Assembly (NCBI GenBank): GCA_041178085.1
Contig: JBEGVZ010000054.1
Coordinates: 1-19,093, forward strand
Direction of reading: 5' to 3'
Length of the DNA stretch: 19,093 nt
Source: Pseudomonadota bacterium
GTDB lineage: Bacteria; Bdellovibrionota_B; Oligoflexia; Oligoflexales; RGVZ01
Below the pieces are notes generated by a model that saw nothing but the letters and a program-made list of their open reading frames with translations, did no database searches and was not told where the DNA came from. The number at the start of each line of letters is the position of its first letter. Position 1 is the stretch's first letter. Position numbers and translations under genes: made by a program. Below, one piece after another: positions 17,157-19,093 of this stretch.

Positions 17157-18839
17157 ATGAGTGGCTGGCTGTTTGTTGTGGTTATCGCGGTCAGCCTGTT
17201 GATCCACGGCCCGTTGAACCTCAAGACCAGCTTGCTGTCTCGCGATGACGGCTGGTTGACCTTGTCCCTGCAAGGCGTACACAGCATCCCAGACTGGTGG
17301 TCCCTGATCCGGACTGGAAATCTGCCTGATTTTCAGCCGGTGCGTGACTTTTCCTATTGGCTGGACTGGCAGGTTGCTGGTTTCTTCGGAGGCAGCCCGT
17401 ACTTCCACCTGACCAACTTCATTCTGTGGCTGGCGATTGTTTTTTTCATGTGGCGCATCGCAGAATCCGTCTTTGCAAGCGGAGGCGAGCCCCGGGAAAA
17501 GTTGCAGGGCGCCGGTCTTGTGCTGGCCTGCGGTTTGACTGTGTTGCTCGCCATTCACCCTGTAGCGGTTGAGGCAGTCGCATGGATATCAGGGCGAAAG
17601 CATTTGCTCAGTGTTTTATTCATGCTTCTAGCGACGCTGGTGATGCTTGACGCGGAAAAGCGCGGTCAGTTGCGATGGAGCCATGCTTTCGTTGTGCCGT
17701 TCTTTTATCTTCTCGCGTGCTTGTCCCAGCCCATCAACGTCCTGTGGCCGGTTTGGGCGTATTTGTTCGTGACGGTCAACGGATCTGTTGCAAAGAGCCC
17801 GCGGAACCGTGGGAAGATACTGGCCATGATGGTTATGCTCGCCGTCATTTTTGCCATGACCGTGATGTTGAACATGACGGTATACCAGGGCAAGGCGTGG
17901 TTCGGGTTTCTGCTGACTCCCCACGCCGAAATATACGGTAGAAAGCTCGAGGGATTCCGTTTTGATGAGGCCGGGCTTTCTTTGCTTGCCTTGGGTCGTT
18001 ACTTTTTCAATTTGCTTGTTCCCTTCAAGCTTGCCCATCGCTACGCCCCTGGGTCCTGGGCCAATCTTCTCGGTTTGCTGGCATTTCCCATTTTTTTATG
18101 GCTCTGTTGGCGATCGAAAAGGCGAATGAAGGTCGCGCTTTGGGTGTTGCATGCGATGCTGCCACTGCTGGTCGTGACAGTGCAGCTCAGCCAGATTTTC
18201 GTTGCAGACAGCTATGCACTTTCCGCGTTGCCAGGATTCCTGTTGGCTTTTGGAATCCTTGCTCTGGATAGATTCCCCCAATTGCTGCGTTGGCGTCTTA
18301 TCCTCTTTGCTTTGGCTGGCATGATGCTGGCGATGTCGATGTCGCTGGCCCGCAGCTGGATGTCCGTTGAAACCATGTGGTTCCGCTCAAATTTAGTGGA
18401 GGAAACTCCTGACAGTGTTTATTTCACCGGTGGCTTCCTTGTGAACGCCGGCAAGCACGAGCAGGCAATGCAACATGCAGCAAAGCTGATGGAACTAAGT
18501 GGATTGAATAACAAGAGCATACGTTTGATGGCTTTTACATTGTGTGATCATCCTGGAATTGAATTGCCTGAAAAAATGGAACGCTTCCGTCAGCTTGGTA
18601 TTACGGAGACGCCTCCTGTGATGGATTGTCTAGCGGAGATCCATCGCCGAAGCGGAAGGCGTGAGGAAGAAGCCAAGCTATTGCTGCGGATACTCGACGA
18701 AGCGCCCATTTATTTCCGGATGGAATTGTCGGGTGGACAAGATCGCTTGGTGCACGCCTGTGAGGCCGCCGTAAAGCAGGAGAGAGAATGCCGGGAAGCC
18801 ATCAAATCCCTGAAAGGCGGGGGGGTATCCGGGCGTTAG
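17157..18839 (+). CDS. TMTC-like GT-C glycosyltransferase (multi-TM) with C-terminal TPR-like helices
   Basis: DD after TM1 (SRDDGW), FQPVRDFSYWLD, FHLTNFILW and IHPVAVEAVAWISGRKHLL; many TMs, then W..VETMW and a helical tail. ATG lies 1 nt after the upstream stop. Confidence 0.8.
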   Translation: MSGWLFVVVIAVSLLIHGPLNLKTSLLSRDDGWLTLSLQGVHSIPDWWSLIRTGNLPDFQPVRDFSYWLDWQVAGFFGGSPYFHLTNFILWLAIVFFMWRIAESVFASGGEPREKLQGAGLVLACGLTVLLAIHPVAVEAVAWISGRKHLLSVLFMLLATLVMLDAEKRGQLRWSHAFVVPFFYLLACLSQPINVLWPVWAYLFVTVNGSVAKSPRNRGKILAMMVMLAVIFAMTVMLNMTVYQGKAWFGFLLTPHAEIYGRKLEGFRFDEAGLSLLALGRYFFNLLVPFKLAHRYAPGSWANLLGLLAFPIFLWLCWRSKRRMKVALWVLHAMLPLLVVTVQLSQIFVADSYALSALPGFLLAFGILALDRFPQLLRWRLILFALAGMMLAMSMSLARSWMSVETMWFRSNLVEETPDSVYFTGGFLVNAGKHEQAMQHAAKLMELSGLNNKSIRLMAFTLCDHPGIELPEKMERFRQLGITETPPVMDCLAEIHRRSGRREEEAKLLLRILDEAPIYFRMELSGGQDRLVHACEAAVKQERECREAIKSLKGGGVSGR

Positions 18840-18901
18840 CCAGACATTCATGAACCTGAAGCGTAATTAATTTAATGAAAATGGGCGCTTAAAAAATACC
18901 T

Positions 18902-18928
18902 CACCGTTCCTGGTGAGTTTGCCGATGC
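18902..18928 (+). promoter_or_regulatory. Weak sigma-28-like promoter candidate
   Basis: CACCGTTC-N11-GCCGATGC: good -10 and GTT part, poor TAAA match. Preceded by an AT-rich tract. Confidence 0.4.
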
Positions 18929-18956
18929 CTCCTCCGTCATCCGGCGAAGGAGGCAT
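18925..18956 (+). promoter_or_regulatory. Hairpin sequestering the Shine-Dalgarno of the downstream lipoprotein
   Basis: ATGCCTCCT (18925-18933) pairs perfectly with AGGAGGCAT (18948-18956). Confidence 0.6.
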
Positions 18957-18959
18957 GTG

Positions 18960-19093
18960 ATGTACCCCGTGAACCGATCCATTTTCCTGAAGCTGGCACT
19001 CAGCACGGCGGCGATTTCTCTTACAGCTTGCTCCGGTGGGCCCAGGTTCGAGAACGGTGGCGAGAAAACCGCAACCCTGAGTTCTGATTCTTC
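18960..19093 (+). CDS. Lipoprotein, N-terminus only (3'-truncated; absent from the ORF track)
   Basis: AAGGAGG SD 6 nt upstream. Translates MYPVNRSIFLKLALSTAAISLTACSGGPRFENGGEKTATLSSDS, with lipobox LTA-C. Confidence 0.8.
   Translation, partial: MYPVNRSIFLKLALSTAAISLTACSGGPRFENGGEKTATLSSDS

Noticed and set aside
1..19093. CRISPR arrays, tRNA/rRNA, transposases, prophage or defence genes, frameshifted pseudogenes
   Set aside because: None seen. Intergenic gaps are short and all recognised genes appear intact.

Overview
Gene-dense, GC-rich bacterial chromosomal window with 20 CDSs (two cut by the window edges). I found no CRISPR array, rRNA, tRNA or transposase. Protein style suggests a Bdellovibrionota/Oligoflexia-like or deltaproteobacterial diderm, which is inference only. 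Gene order: YeiH-family exporter (partial); TerC; a four-gene Lol-like export module (FtsX/LolE-type permease, LolD-type ATPase, LolA-like sorting protein, large beta-rich outer-membrane protein); a convergent Cys-rich lipoprotein; fmdB-like / CcmH-Ig-like / sua5(tsaC) operon; an orphan secreted protein; mutY coupled to a basic PhaF/histone-like protein; crt and hbd; pabB-like coupled to a UbiB kinase; OM beta-barrel plus TMTC-like GT-C glycosyltransferase; and the start of another lipoprotein. The most notable unannotated signals are non-coding: (1) a near-consensus sigma-28 (FliA) promoter in front of the 8-Cys lipoprotein; (2) an adjacent 163-bp AT-rich element bounded by 18-bp inverted repeats; (3) a second, weaker sigma-28-like site overlapping a hairpin that sequesters the Shine-Dalgarno (SD) sequence of the last lipoprotein.
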